Shown here piece after piece: positions 50,776 to 59,838 of a DNA stretch of 64,000 nt (position 1 is the stretch's first letter; each line of letters begins with the position of its first letter). Where the stretch lies: NCBI GenBank assembly GCA_963737905.1, contig CAVTUQ010000007.1:256001-320000 (forward strand), written 5' to 3'. The position numbers and the translations under genes were made by a program. The notes beneath the pieces were generated by a model. The model had not been told where the DNA came from, made no database searches, and saw only the letters and a list, made by a program, of their open reading frames with translations. Source of the stretch: an uncultured delta proteobacterium (lineage in GTDB: Bacteria > Desulfobacterota > Binatia > UBA9968).

Positions 50776-51903
50776 TTAGTCTAATTGGTAGAACTCCGCG
50801 CAGTTGTCCCATAAAATTTTGCGTTTGTCTTGCTGCTTGATGTCAAGCTTCAAAAAGCTCTCCACCGCATGAGGAAACTTGGAATCTCCGTGCGGATAGT
50901 CGGTGGAGAAGACCAGTCTATCCGTGCCGATGTAATCGATCACGTATTTCACGCCGGCTTCGTCAGGCTCCACTGAAACAAAAACCTGGCGCTTGAAGTA
51001 TCCGCTCGGTGCCATCGCCAGATCCTTCGCCCAGATATCGCCTTCGCGCTCCCAGCCCTCGTCGAGGCGCCAAAGCAGCCAGGGAAGCCAGGTGCAATTG
51101 GCTTCCAGAAATGCCACACGAAGTTTCGGATGGCGCGCCAAGACGCCGCCGGAGCAGAGGCTGACCAAGCCCAGCATCTGCTCCATGGGTTGTGCGACCA
51201 CTCGCCGCAGCATGAAATTGGGCTCAAAGTTATCGCCAACCTGTCTTCCGGCAGTCGAAGAGGACTCGTGAAACCCAAGTGGGGTCTCCAATTCCTCGAG
51301 CAGGGACCAAAGAGGCTCGTAATAGTCGTCGTACCAGTTGCGCCCGTTGGTGATGTTAGAGCGCATGAAGATCGCGCGGAAGCCAAGGTCCTTGACGCAC
51401 CGCTTAACTTCAGTGAGGGCTTCCTCTATGTTGAAAGGCGAGATCATTCCGGCGCCGAGCAGGCGATGGGGGTTTTTCTTGCAAAAGTCGTAGAGCCAGT
51501 TGTTGTAGGCGCGGGCTAACGCAGCCGCGAAGTTGGCTTCCATGTTGGGTTCGGCCAGCACTTGAAGTCCGCGTGTAGGGTAGAGGACGGCGACGTCGAT
51601 CCCCTCTATGTCCATGGCTTCAAGTTGGATGTCTGCGGTCCATCCGCGTTCCGCACGGGAGCCGTAGATTCCCTGGTTCTTGCGAAAGTTATGCCCTCGA
51701 TTGGAGTTCCGCTTTCCGTGGGTTTGCGGGAGCCCCCAGAGCCGCCCATCGGGATGGGCCATTCTGAGGTCCCGGACATTCTCGCTCGTCAGACCCCGCG
51801 GCGCTTCGGTTTTGAACTTAGAATCGATATAGCGCTCCCAGAGGTCCACGGGTTCCATCAAGTGCATGTCGCTGTCGAGGATCTTTAACCCGTCTTTTGC
51901 CAT
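50776..51903 (-). CDS. Amidohydrolase family protein (amidohydro_2)
   Basis: 'LDSDMHLMEP', 'AYNNWL', 'GFHE', 'HPKLRVAFLE', 'STDYPHGDS'. Confidence 0.9.
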   Translation of the reverse strand: MAKDGLKILDSDMHLMEPVDLWERYIDSKFKTEAPRGLTSENVRDLRMAHPDGRLWGLPQTHGKRNSNRGHNFRKNQGIYGSRAERGWTADIQLEAMDIEGIDVAVLYPTRGLQVLAEPNMEANFAAALARAYNNWLYDFCKKNPHRLLGAGMISPFNIEEALTEVKRCVKDLGFRAIFMRSNITNGRNWYDDYYEPLWSLLEELETPLGFHESSSTAGRQVGDNFEPNFMLRRVVAQPMEQMLGLVSLCSGGVLARHPKLRVAFLEANCTWLPWLLWRLDEGWEREGDIWAKDLAMAPSGYFKRQVFVSVEPDEAGVKYVIDYIGTDRLVFSTDYPHGDSKFPHAVESFLKLDIKQQDKRKILWDNCAEFYQLD

Positions 51904-52112
51904 ACCTGCCTCCCGGGCCGCATTAATCTGGTACTGTTACCGCTGTACAACACTCGAATTGAGACTGTCAACGAAAAGCCTGCGCGGTTGCACCAAAAAT
52001 AAGCGACTTTTCCGACGGCAGTCGATCTGGTAGTTTAGGGAGACGGGTGTTTGGCGGTCAGAAGATTTTCGGCAGCCCTCGGAAAAGGAATTCTCGGAAC
52101 AGGAGGTGACAG

Positions 52113-53123
52113 GTGAAAACTTCTCGCAACGGATTTGTGATTCGCTGGTTCATCGCGTGTCTCGTACTCTTATTTGTGGCGCCTGGCGCCAAAGCGCAAG
52201 AGAAGAAGTTGCTCCGCGTCGTCTTTGTTAGTTTATCGTGGAACAGTGAAATTCCCGTGCGAGTGGCCTTGGCTCGCGGCTTTTTTAAAGCGCAAGGATT
52301 GCAAATCGAGCCAATATTCATTCGTGGCGGACCCGCGGCGATAGCTGCTCTCATTTCAGGTGAAGTGGATTTTGCCAGCATTGGTGGAGCCCAGGCCGTT
52401 ATACGCGGTAAGGCGCGGGGGCTTGACCTATCCATCATCGGCTCGATTTCCAATCAAACCAATTACGTCTTGCTGGGCAACCAACAGACACGAACGGTGG
52501 AGAATCTGAAAGGAAAGATTATTGGGATCACGGGCGCCGGCGCGTTTTCCGAGTTCGCCGTCAAGACGTTTCTAAAGAAACAGAACATCGATCCCCAGAA
52601 GGATGTCGTTTTGCGTGCCGTCGGCAACACGACCATGCGCGCGGCTGCACTGGAGAAGGGGCTTGTGGCCGCAGCGCCGTTCTCGCCCGAGGACGCGGTG
52701 CGACTGATGAAAAGCGGTTATCCGTTGATTTCGAATTTTGCCGAGTCCTTGGATATTCCGCAGAGCATTATCGTGACCCGCGGCGAAGTGTTAGAGAAAT
52801 ATCCCGAGACGACGAAGAGATTTCTCAAGGCACTGATTCTCGGCATTCACCTCGCCAAAACCAATAAAAAAGAAGCGATCAAGGCGGGATATGAGTCCGG
52901 ACTTCAAGGCGACCCCGAAATTGTGAATGCTGCCTACGATTTGTATCAGCCGGCGCTAACGTCGGACTTGTCGATTGCGGTTCCGGGAATTCAACTCATG
53001 CTGGACGAAGATATTCGCGCCGGGCTGGTGGACAACAAGTTTACGGTCGATAAGGTGATCAACGACCGAATTCTCAAAAAGGCGCAGGAAGAGCTAAGAA
53101 CTGAAGGACGCCTAAAGCCGTAA
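52113..53123 (+). CDS. ABC transporter substrate-binding protein (NMT1/SsuA-like)
   Basis: AGGAGG SD then GTG; signal peptide; 'AALISGEVDF', 'LKGKIIG', 'RFLKA'. Confidence 0.85.
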   Translation: MKTSRNGFVIRWFIACLVLLFVAPGAKAQEKKLLRVVFVSLSWNSEIPVRVALARGFFKAQGLQIEPIFIRGGPAAIAALISGEVDFASIGGAQAVIRGKARGLDLSIIGSISNQTNYVLLGNQQTRTVENLKGKIIGITGAGAFSEFAVKTFLKKQNIDPQKDVVLRAVGNTTMRAAALEKGLVAAAPFSPEDAVRLMKSGYPLISNFAESLDIPQSIIVTRGEVLEKYPETTKRFLKALILGIHLAKTNKKEAIKAGYESGLQGDPEIVNAAYDLYQPALTSDLSIAVPGIQLMLDEDIRAGLVDNKFTVDKVINDRILKKAQEELRTEGRLKP

Positions 53124-53130
53124 GTCTCCG

Positions 53131-53547
53131 ATGTCTAACCTGAGTGACGATGAGCCAAAGGTCGCTGTCGATGAGCTCCGTCGAAATAGAGAAGTCGGAA
53201 ACGGCCGCTGGTTGTTTAGTTGGCGGATTCAAAATCTCACGGAGCAACCGATAAGGCTTTTTGCCGCCCGGTGTCCCCACGGACAATTTAGGAGCGCCGA
53301 ACGATTTTTCGCCCCACCGTTACAGGCTGCCGCCGGAAAAGCCGCGACTATCGAGATGCCGGTGCGCTGTGACGAGCCGGCAGGGAGCGTCATTGAGAAC
53401 GGGTTTCTGATTCTTTTGGTCGAATGGCTCGACAAACAGTGGAGAATATTCGTGAGATTGCGCGTAATCATTAACGAAGCGGGGGAGCCGGAAACGGCGA
53501 CCGAACTGATTACAACCCAACGGGTAGGTTTTTCCGGAGTCGGTTAA
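53131..53547 (+). CDS. Hypothetical protein (138 aa, beta-rich)
   Basis: Tight operon spacing (7 nt after the SBP, 15 nt before the next ATG); 'RCPHGQF' motif. Confidence 0.7.
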   Translation: MSNLSDDEPKVAVDELRRNREVGNGRWLFSWRIQNLTEQPIRLFAARCPHGQFRSAERFFAPPLQAAAGKAATIEMPVRCDEPAGSVIENGFLILLVEWLDKQWRIFVRLRVIINEAGEPETATELITTQRVGFSGVG

Positions 53548-53562
53548 GCTGAAAGGGATCTC

Positions 53563-53784
53563 ATGACGGAAGACGATCAAGATTTTCTTATCCTTCAAAA
53601 AATGCGCGGTTGACGGCGCAATTGAGGCCTCGGCTTCGAAGAGACCACGGGTATGGTCTCCAATTCGCTAAAGATCAGCCAAGAAGAGGTCGTCAAAGCC
53701 CTGGACAGGCTGCGGCGGGAAAAGGCGGACGATCCAGAATACAAGAAGCTACGGAAAGATCTGCCGAAGAGTTGGCCGGTGTGA
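53563..53784 (+). CDS. Candidate small selenoprotein with two in-frame UGA codons: MTEDDQDFLILQKMRG-U-RRN-U-GLGFEETTGMVSNSLKISQEEVVKALDRLRREKADDPEYKKLRKDLPKSWPV
   Basis: GAAAGGGA SD; TGA at 53611-13 and 53623-25 in frame; protein-like helical continuation to 53784; SECIS-like hairpin downstream. Confidence 0.7.
53637..53667 (+). promoter_or_regulatory. Putative bacterial SECIS element
   Basis: CGAA-GAGACCA-CGGGTA-TGGTCTC-CAA-TTCG: 7-bp perfect upper stem with a G-containing loop 22 and 34 nt after the two UGAs. Confidence 0.6.
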
Positions 53785-53867
53785 AACCGGTTCAGGGTTC
53801 AACGTTCAAAGTTCAAGGTTCCGAGTTAGAAGAACTGACACCTGACACCCGAAACCTGGAGAGAGAC

Positions 53868-54636
53868 TTACCGTCGCTTGGACTCTGGCAACCTTACGGT
53901 GGGTTGGCGCAATTGCAGGCCGGTCACACCGCTCCAGAATTCTCGCTTGCCTGTCATCGCCTGGACGTGGCCGTCCCATTCCAAAGTGAAAGCGGTTAAA
54001 CCGAGCTTCACGGCGGCCCGCACTTTGTCTCTGAGTCTCAGCATCATTTGCCAAAAGCCGGATGGCGTCGATCTGGCGTTGCCCGTGACCCACGTCTTCC
54101 TCCGCGTGAAGTTGGTAGGTTTCCGCCGCGCGGGGTGAAAAGCCGTAATGGCCGGTTAGCTCGCGATACACTTTGTCCGAGACTTTGCCGGCGCCCCCGA
54201 GCTGGCTCTCGACAAAGGCAAGCATAGCTACGCCTTCCAATGCAGACCGGCGCTGGCAGCAGCCGGTAATCATTTCAATGGCGGCCAATGTTCCGGGAGC
54301 CGGTTCGGCGCGGTCCGCTTCTTCACGGGAGATCCCGCCTTCTTCGAGAAATTGGAGCATGATATCGACATGGGTTCGCTCTCCCCCAAGCTCCTCCATG
54401 AAATTTTCCAGTATGGTTTGCATCAGCTCGTAGTTCTTATCGCTAACGGCGTTGATGGCCATATACCCGAAGAAAATCGGATTGGTTCGGATCCTTAGGT
54501 AATGCTGGACCTCTCCGAGAATGATCTGCTCCCGGCTCCAACGATGCTGCAAGATCCCTTGAAACCAGGGATGTTCGCCCATGGGTACTTCGCGTGCATA
54601 GCCCCACAGCTCTTCAATGAATGCGTCCGAAGCCAT
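53868..54636 (-). CDS. Heme-oxygenase-like iron-containing redox enzyme (PqqC/CADD/TenA superfamily; frameshift near 54030)
   Basis: 'HPWF', 'ENFMEELGGERTH', 'ESQ', 'HAEEDVGH'. The C-terminus '...DKVRAAVKLGLTAFTLEWDG...' continues in another frame to TAA at 53868. Confidence 0.8.
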
Positions 54637-54643
54637 TCGAAAT

Positions 54644-55747
54644 CTATCCCGCGACAGCGCGAACGGCGGTCTTCCCGGTTTCAACCCGGTCTCTCAACCG
54701 CGGATAGAAGCGCAGCGGATTGTCCCAGAATATTTTGCGCTTGAGCTCGTCACTGACATCTTTGCGATTGATCAGGTTAGGGATGTCTTGGCTGAAGTCG
54801 CGTTGATCCCGCTCGTGCGGATAGTCCGAGGCCCAGATCAGCGCGTTGTCATTGGCCACCTGTGCGGCGAGAGGTAATGCCGATTCCTCGACTTCGACGG
54901 CGAAAAAAATGTTTCCCTTCTTGACGTACTCACTGGGTTTCAATTTGCATCGCGGCGAGTAGTGGCCTTTGCGCTCCTGCTCTTCGTCCATGCGGTCCAT
55001 CATATACGGCACCCAACCGACGCCGCATTCGATGCAACCAAAGCGGAAGTTCGGAAATAGCTCGAAGATGCCCTCGAACATCATGCTGACGAATTGACGC
55101 ATCTGTGCAAACGGATGCTCCAAGGTGTGGGCAATGGTGAAATTACCCAGTAAATCGAGACCCAGCGCCGGCATGCTCAACCCACCGTGGGTGGATATCG
55201 GCACGTCCAATTTCTGCGCTTCCTCCCACAGAGGATAAAACTCCGGCCCGCTGAAAAGCCTGCCCGCTGGTGTGACCGCCGGCAACACGGCGCCGACCAT
55301 TCCCAGTTCGTTGACGGCGCGGCGAAGCTCCTTCACCGCTTCAGAAATGTCCTGAACCGGCAGTAAAGCAACGCCCACCAACCGGGGACTCACAGCCATG
55401 AATTTGTGATAGAGCCAATCGTTGTAGGCCCGCGCCATGCAGATCGCCCAGTCTTTATCCTGAATCGCCGCATGGGTAAGCCCCTGGGTGGGATAGAGGA
55501 CGGTCAGCTCGATGTTATTCTTGTCGAGAAAATCGAGCCAATGATTCGCCTTCGGCCCCTCCCCCCCGCCAGCCCAGCCTCCTTTTTGCCGGAGAGATCG
55601 CAGATAACCGTCCATCGTAAGCCCGGGCCAAAAGGAGTAACTCTTGTGCCACTCGAGGTCTTTGTAGGGCGGCCCGATGAACTCGCGAAGCTCATCGTCC
55701 AGCTCCATGACATGGCCGTCGGCGTCGATAATTCGATAATCAGCCAT
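54644..55747 (-). CDS. Amidohydrolase family protein (amidohydro_2)
   Basis: 'IIDADGHVME', 'AYNDWL', 'HTLEHPFAQM', 'ECGVGWVP', 'ASDYPH'. Confidence 0.9.
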   Translation of the reverse strand: MADYRIIDADGHVMELDDELREFIGPPYKDLEWHKSYSFWPGLTMDGYLRSLRQKGGWAGGGEGPKANHWLDFLDKNNIELTVLYPTQGLTHAAIQDKDWAICMARAYNDWLYHKFMAVSPRLVGVALLPVQDISEAVKELRRAVNELGMVGAVLPAVTPAGRLFSGPEFYPLWEEAQKLDVPISTHGGLSMPALGLDLLGNFTIAHTLEHPFAQMRQFVSMMFEGIFELFPNFRFGCIECGVGWVPYMMDRMDEEQERKGHYSPRCKLKPSEYVKKGNIFFAVEVEESALPLAAQVANDNALIWASDYPHERDQRDFSQDIPNLINRKDVSDELKRKIFWDNPLRFYPRLRDRVETGKTAVRAVAG

Positions 55748-55817
55748 TTTCCAAACCTCCTCCATCACTTTCAATTAGTTAAACGATACGTTTAGCTTCC
55801 ATCCAGCGCCTGGTGCG

Positions 55818-56777
55818 TTAAGTATTTCTCGTGTTTTCGGTAAACAGCTCTTCGACCGTCAGCGGTCTTGCAAGCATTTCCTGCTGCTGGGCGAAGGTGA
55901 TCAGGCTTTGAATGTCGTTATAGTTTTCCTTCAATCCTTGATAAAAAGGATGCTTGCCGAAAAACTTCCGTTCTTCCTCCAGGTAGGAGCGTCCCCACGC
56001 GAAGCTTAGACGGTGTGGCTGCTGCATGAAATCGTCCCAAGCGCGGCGCGACGCCATGAAGGCCTCATAAAGGCTTGTGGCGACCCACGGGTCGCTTTTT
56101 AGAATATCCGTTTTGATGATAATCGGGTGCATGATTGGAAAGACTTTACTCTTCGTGTAGTAATCCCGCTCCGCTTGTTCGAAGTCCGGAAACAACCGCT
56201 CCACGGTTCCTTCACCACGAATCCACGCCTCCGGGAGGTCCGGTTCGACTTCCGCTTCCACCTTACCCGCCAACAGAAGATCCTCCAGGCGCCATTGACC
56301 CTCCATTCGCTCGACTTTGATCTTCGAGGGCAGCGGGCAGCCAACTGCTTCCGGGTTGACGATGACCCAGGTGACGTCGGTCACCGGCAAATCGTAAGTG
56401 TTGTGAAACATGCCCTTGGTTACCAGCGCCAGGGTATTTTCATAACTGCGCAGCCCGATGCGCGCGCCTTTGAGATCGGCGGGTTTTTTAATACCAGCCC
56501 CGGCGCGAATGAAGCAAAACTTGTGGCTCCACATGCGCCGGGGAAAGAAGGGGATGGCATGAAACCAGCTCACATCCTGGCTTTTGGCCACGAGGTAGGA
56601 GGACATGGAGAACTCGCAGGCGTCATATTCACCGTGGTGGTACATGCGCTGGTGGCGGATGCCGCTCTCTACTGTGAGGAGATTGAGATCGATGCCTTCG
56701 GCTTGGACTTTTCCTTCGCGGAGCGGTTGCAAGTAGTCGTACTTGTCGCAGGCGACCGTGAGCTTCAACTTTGACAT
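55818..56777 (-). CDS. 4,5-dihydroxyphthalate decarboxylase-like protein
   Basis: 'LKLTVACDKYD', 'EYDACEFSMSSY', 'AIPFFPRR', 'FPIMH', 'LTVEELF'. Confidence 0.8.
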   Translation of the reverse strand: MSKLKLTVACDKYDYLQPLREGKVQAEGIDLNLLTVESGIRHQRMYHHGEYDACEFSMSSYLVAKSQDVSWFHAIPFFPRRMWSHKFCFIRAGAGIKKPADLKGARIGLRSYENTLALVTKGMFHNTYDLPVTDVTWVIVNPEAVGCPLPSKIKVERMEGQWRLEDLLLAGKVEAEVEPDLPEAWIRGEGTVERLFPDFEQAERDYYTKSKVFPIMHPIIIKTDILKSDPWVATSLYEAFMASRRAWDDFMQQPHRLSFAWGRSYLEEERKFFGKHPFYQGLKENYNDIQSLITFAQQQEMLARPLTVEELFTENTRNT

Positions 56778-56954
56778 TATGTTCCTCCTAAAATAGCTAT
56801 GAAGCGTAAAATAGCTGGCTTAAAGCGATCATATGTAAGAGGGCAAGGCAGTCAATGATCTCTAACCGAATGCCAGCTCGAATGCGTTGACAGGTCGGAA
56901 CCTCGGTGTTAAGGGAAGGCCGAAGACCATCGTAATAAAAATAGGAGATGCTTT

Positions 56955-57701
56955 ATGCGGTTTAAAGACAAATCAGTCATCATTACCGGCGGCGGCGGAA
57001 AGATCGGCAAGGCTTATGCCTTGGGGTTCGCGAAAGAGGGAGCGAAAGTTGCCCTGCCGGACATCGCCAGCGCCGACCCTGTCGTCAAAGCGATTCGAGA
57101 CATGGGTGGCACGGCGATTAGCATGGCGTGCGATGTTTCCGACGAAAAGAGTGTCAAGGCTATGGTCGACGAAGTCGCGAAGCAATTTGGCGGCGTCGAC
57201 GTATTGGTGAACAACGCCGCTTATTTCATGAACGTCAAGAAGAGCCCGTTCTGGGAGATGCAAGTTGATGAGTTCGACAAAGCGATGGCGGTGAATGTCC
57301 GCGGCTCATGGCTTTGCGGCAAAGCGGTGTTCCCCTACATGAAGAAACAAGGCAAGGGAAAGATCATCAACATTTCATCCGGCACCGCACTGAACGGCGG
57401 CCAGAACTACATCCATTACGTGACTTCCAAAGGCGCTTTGATCGCTATGACGCGGGCGATGGCTCGCGAAGTCGGCGACTACAACATTTGTGTCAATACG
57501 GTCTGCCCGGGCTTTGTCGTGACGGAAGGGCGGCAGGTTGATCCGGCATTTAACGCCAACCGAGTCGCGAACCGCTCGTTAAAACGGATCCAGGTCGAAA
57601 ACGATCTGGTCGGCACGGTTCTATTCTTGGCTTCGCCGGAAAGTGACTTCATGACCGGGCAATTGCTCAACGTCGACGGCGGCGCCCATTTTGTCGGATA
57701 A
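56955..57701 (+). CDS. Short-chain dehydrogenase/reductase
   Basis: 'ITGGGGKIG', 'VNNAA', catalytic 'YVTSK', 'TGQLLNVDGG'. Confidence 0.92.
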   Translation: MRFKDKSVIITGGGGKIGKAYALGFAKEGAKVALPDIASADPVVKAIRDMGGTAISMACDVSDEKSVKAMVDEVAKQFGGVDVLVNNAAYFMNVKKSPFWEMQVDEFDKAMAVNVRGSWLCGKAVFPYMKKQGKGKIINISSGTALNGGQNYIHYVTSKGALIAMTRAMAREVGDYNICVNTVCPGFVVTEGRQVDPAFNANRVANRSLKRIQVENDLVGTVLFLASPESDFMTGQLLNVDGGAHFVG

Positions 57702-57721
57702 GCTGTTCAAGGGCAGGGGTG

Positions 57722-58516
57722 TTACGCGGCGGTCTCCCATTTATTGATATCCACTTCCCACCCTTTGGTTTGGGACAAATCCAAGGCGTTGCCTTCGACA
57801 TCGCGAAAGCGAAATTCGGCGTAGGGTCGGGTCGAAGGACGCGGCGCGATCTTCAGCACGCTCTGCAGTTCCGCCATCACTCCCTGCATATCATCGACCA
57901 AAAAGCCGATGTGATTAATGCCGAAACGCGCTTCGTGACCTTCGATGCGATTATAGAACGGATGGATCGCCAGGTTGGTCTTGCCATCGGCGCAAAAGCG
58001 GTTGCCGCGGCCTTGTTGCCGCCGGAGGTAACTGGACGGCACTTCACGCAGGCCGAGAACCTGGGTGTAAAAACGCAGCATCATTTCGGGGTCCAGCGCA
58101 TTGTAGGCGATATGGCGGATACGGGGAAATCGTTTCTCTTTGCTAGCGGGCACGCCGAAGCCCTTGGTCGAGAGGCTTACCGGAAGACATTCCGGATCAT
58201 GAATCCGGATCTCCCCATGTTGTACGTCGTCCGGTTCCTGCAAAATCATGCCCCGCGGATTGAGAGCAAGAAATCGGCCCTTGACCTCCTCCAGATTGTC
58301 CACCTCCAGGCCGATATGATGGAGGCCGGTGTCCATTTTCATTTCGTTGAGCGCCGGTCGCTTTTTGAAAAAGGTGAGATTGTAGAAGCCGTCGGTAATG
58401 GAGATATCCCCTTCGGGCGAGCGGCCTAACTCTTCGGTCCGGAGGAATCGGTGATAGAAATCAACGAGCCTTTCTGGGTTTTCGCAGATGAAGGCGATGT
58501 AACGAAGCGTTGCCAT
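57722..58516 (-). CDS. Two-domain VOC/glyoxalase family protein
   Basis: Two repeats: 'LRYIAF...GLHHIGLEV...DPE' and 'IRHIAY...GINHIGFLV...YAEFRFRDVEGN'. Confidence 0.85.
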   Translation of the reverse strand: MATLRYIAFICENPERLVDFYHRFLRTEELGRSPEGDISITDGFYNLTFFKKRPALNEMKMDTGLHHIGLEVDNLEEVKGRFLALNPRGMILQEPDDVQHGEIRIHDPECLPVSLSTKGFGVPASKEKRFPRIRHIAYNALDPEMMLRFYTQVLGLREVPSSYLRRQQGRGNRFCADGKTNLAIHPFYNRIEGHEARFGINHIGFLVDDMQGVMAELQSVLKIAPRPSTRPYAEFRFRDVEGNALDLSQTKGWEVDINKWETAA

Positions 58517-58556
58517 CTTCTATCCTCCTTTTAGAGACTGTATCAGTTTAGTTCTC

Positions 58557-58613
58557 CTGTCATTTCGAGCGCAGCGAGAAATCTAGATCCCTCGCGTTCG
58601 CTCGGGATGACAG
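58557..58613. repeat. REP-like long palindrome (CTGTCAT...ATGACAG)
   Basis: ctgtcatttcgagcgcagcgagaaatct / agatccctcgcgttcgctcgggatgacag. Confidence 0.8.
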
Positions 58614-58645
58614 CTGGGTGGTCTATGCGATTGTAACACGGCTTC

Positions 58646-59743
58646 TTAATCCCGAATATTCTGTGTAAACCATTCTAAGGGCAGCGGATGCCCGAGTCCT
58701 TTGGCTTTCGCCAGATTGTAAGCCGTCCCGCCGACGGCGGCGAACTGCAGCCCCTGGGTCCCCTGGTTGTTGAGAAACGTGATCTGCTGATCGTTGGCGC
58801 GGCCCACCCAGCGACCGGCCATGATATCCGGTACCGTGCCGATGTTGGGATTGTCGATGTCGTGATGCGGCGAGACAGGGATTTTCTTCTTCTCCGTATC
58901 GTTGCCCGCGATATAGGCGAACATCCCGTCGCTTCCGGTGGCAACACCGGACGCGTTACGATCGGCGAACAAGGTCGAAGTCCCGAGGCGCGCTCTTACA
59001 TCCGCCCGCTGCAGGACTTCCGGACTGGTTTCATTGTTACGCACGTTATTGATGTGCATGCCGGGTTCCAGCCATTCGGCTTTGATCACCGGCACTAGAG
59101 AATCGGTGGTGAGCGACACGATGTCGGCGCCTTTCAACGCCTTCTCCGGCGAGTCCACCGCGACGACTTCAATGTCCAATTTCTCGGTCATTTCCTGCGC
59201 GTAACGCTCTCGATTCGCTCTGGTGGGGCTAAACACGCGCATGGTTTCGACGGGCCGGACTTCTTTGATCGCCATGGCATAGGTCCGCGCCATCCCGCCC
59301 GAGCCGATCATGGCGAGCACCTTGGAATTCTTCCGCGACAGGTATTTCGTTCCCAGACCCGCGCAAGCGCCCACACGCATGTGTTGCAGGTAGCCGTCGT
59401 TCATTAAGGCGAGCGGTTCGGCGTTGCGCGTGCTCAAAAGAAAGATCAAGCCGCAATAAGTGCCGCGCTTCATGCAGTATTTGTCTTCGACCTGAAAGCC
59501 GTCTTGCTCTTCCCAGGCGAGCATGTCGGACTTCATACGAATCGCGAAGACGCCGAGCTTGCGCGACGCGCCTTCCATCGTGCCCCAGCGATAGTAATGA
59601 GGCTCCTCGGGCACATAAAAATCGATGCGCGGCCGATAGGCGGCCCGCTGCTCGATGAGATCGTGATAAGCTTCTTCCATCGCTTTCAGGCAGGTGGGCA
59701 TGTCGAGCACTTGTTGAATGTGGTCGTTGGTCAAAAAGATCAT
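58646..59743 (-). CDS. Ornithine cyclodeaminase/mu-crystallin family protein
   Basis: 'RVGA', 'IGSGGMA', 'FSPT', 'WLEPGMH', 'GLQFAA'. Confidence 0.88.
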   Translation of the reverse strand: MIFLTNDHIQQVLDMPTCLKAMEEAYHDLIEQRAAYRPRIDFYVPEEPHYYRWGTMEGASRKLGVFAIRMKSDMLAWEEQDGFQVEDKYCMKRGTYCGLIFLLSTRNAEPLALMNDGYLQHMRVGACAGLGTKYLSRKNSKVLAMIGSGGMARTYAMAIKEVRPVETMRVFSPTRANRERYAQEMTEKLDIEVVAVDSPEKALKGADIVSLTTDSLVPVIKAEWLEPGMHINNVRNNETSPEVLQRADVRARLGTSTLFADRNASGVATGSDGMFAYIAGNDTEKKKIPVSPHHDIDNPNIGTVPDIMAGRWVGRANDQQITFLNNQGTQGLQFAAVGGTAYNLAKAKGLGHPLPLEWFTQNIRD

Positions 59744-59838
59744 CTTGGGTTACTCCTGGGGTAACTTGACGTCGTTGACAGTTGGTTTTCGAGATTGGTA
59801 TAGCCGTTCTAAGTTTCACTGTAAAGCTCGGAGGATGC

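Noticed and set aside
49972-50784. Long antisense ORFs (also 10059-10856, 5868-6563, 57719-58429)
   Set aside because: Shadow ORFs opposite well-supported genes in GC-rich DNA.
53610-53999. 129-aa ORF listed in the track
   Set aside because: No SD, and it runs through a repeat array into the antisense of the next gene. The SD-led frame at 53563 explains the region better.
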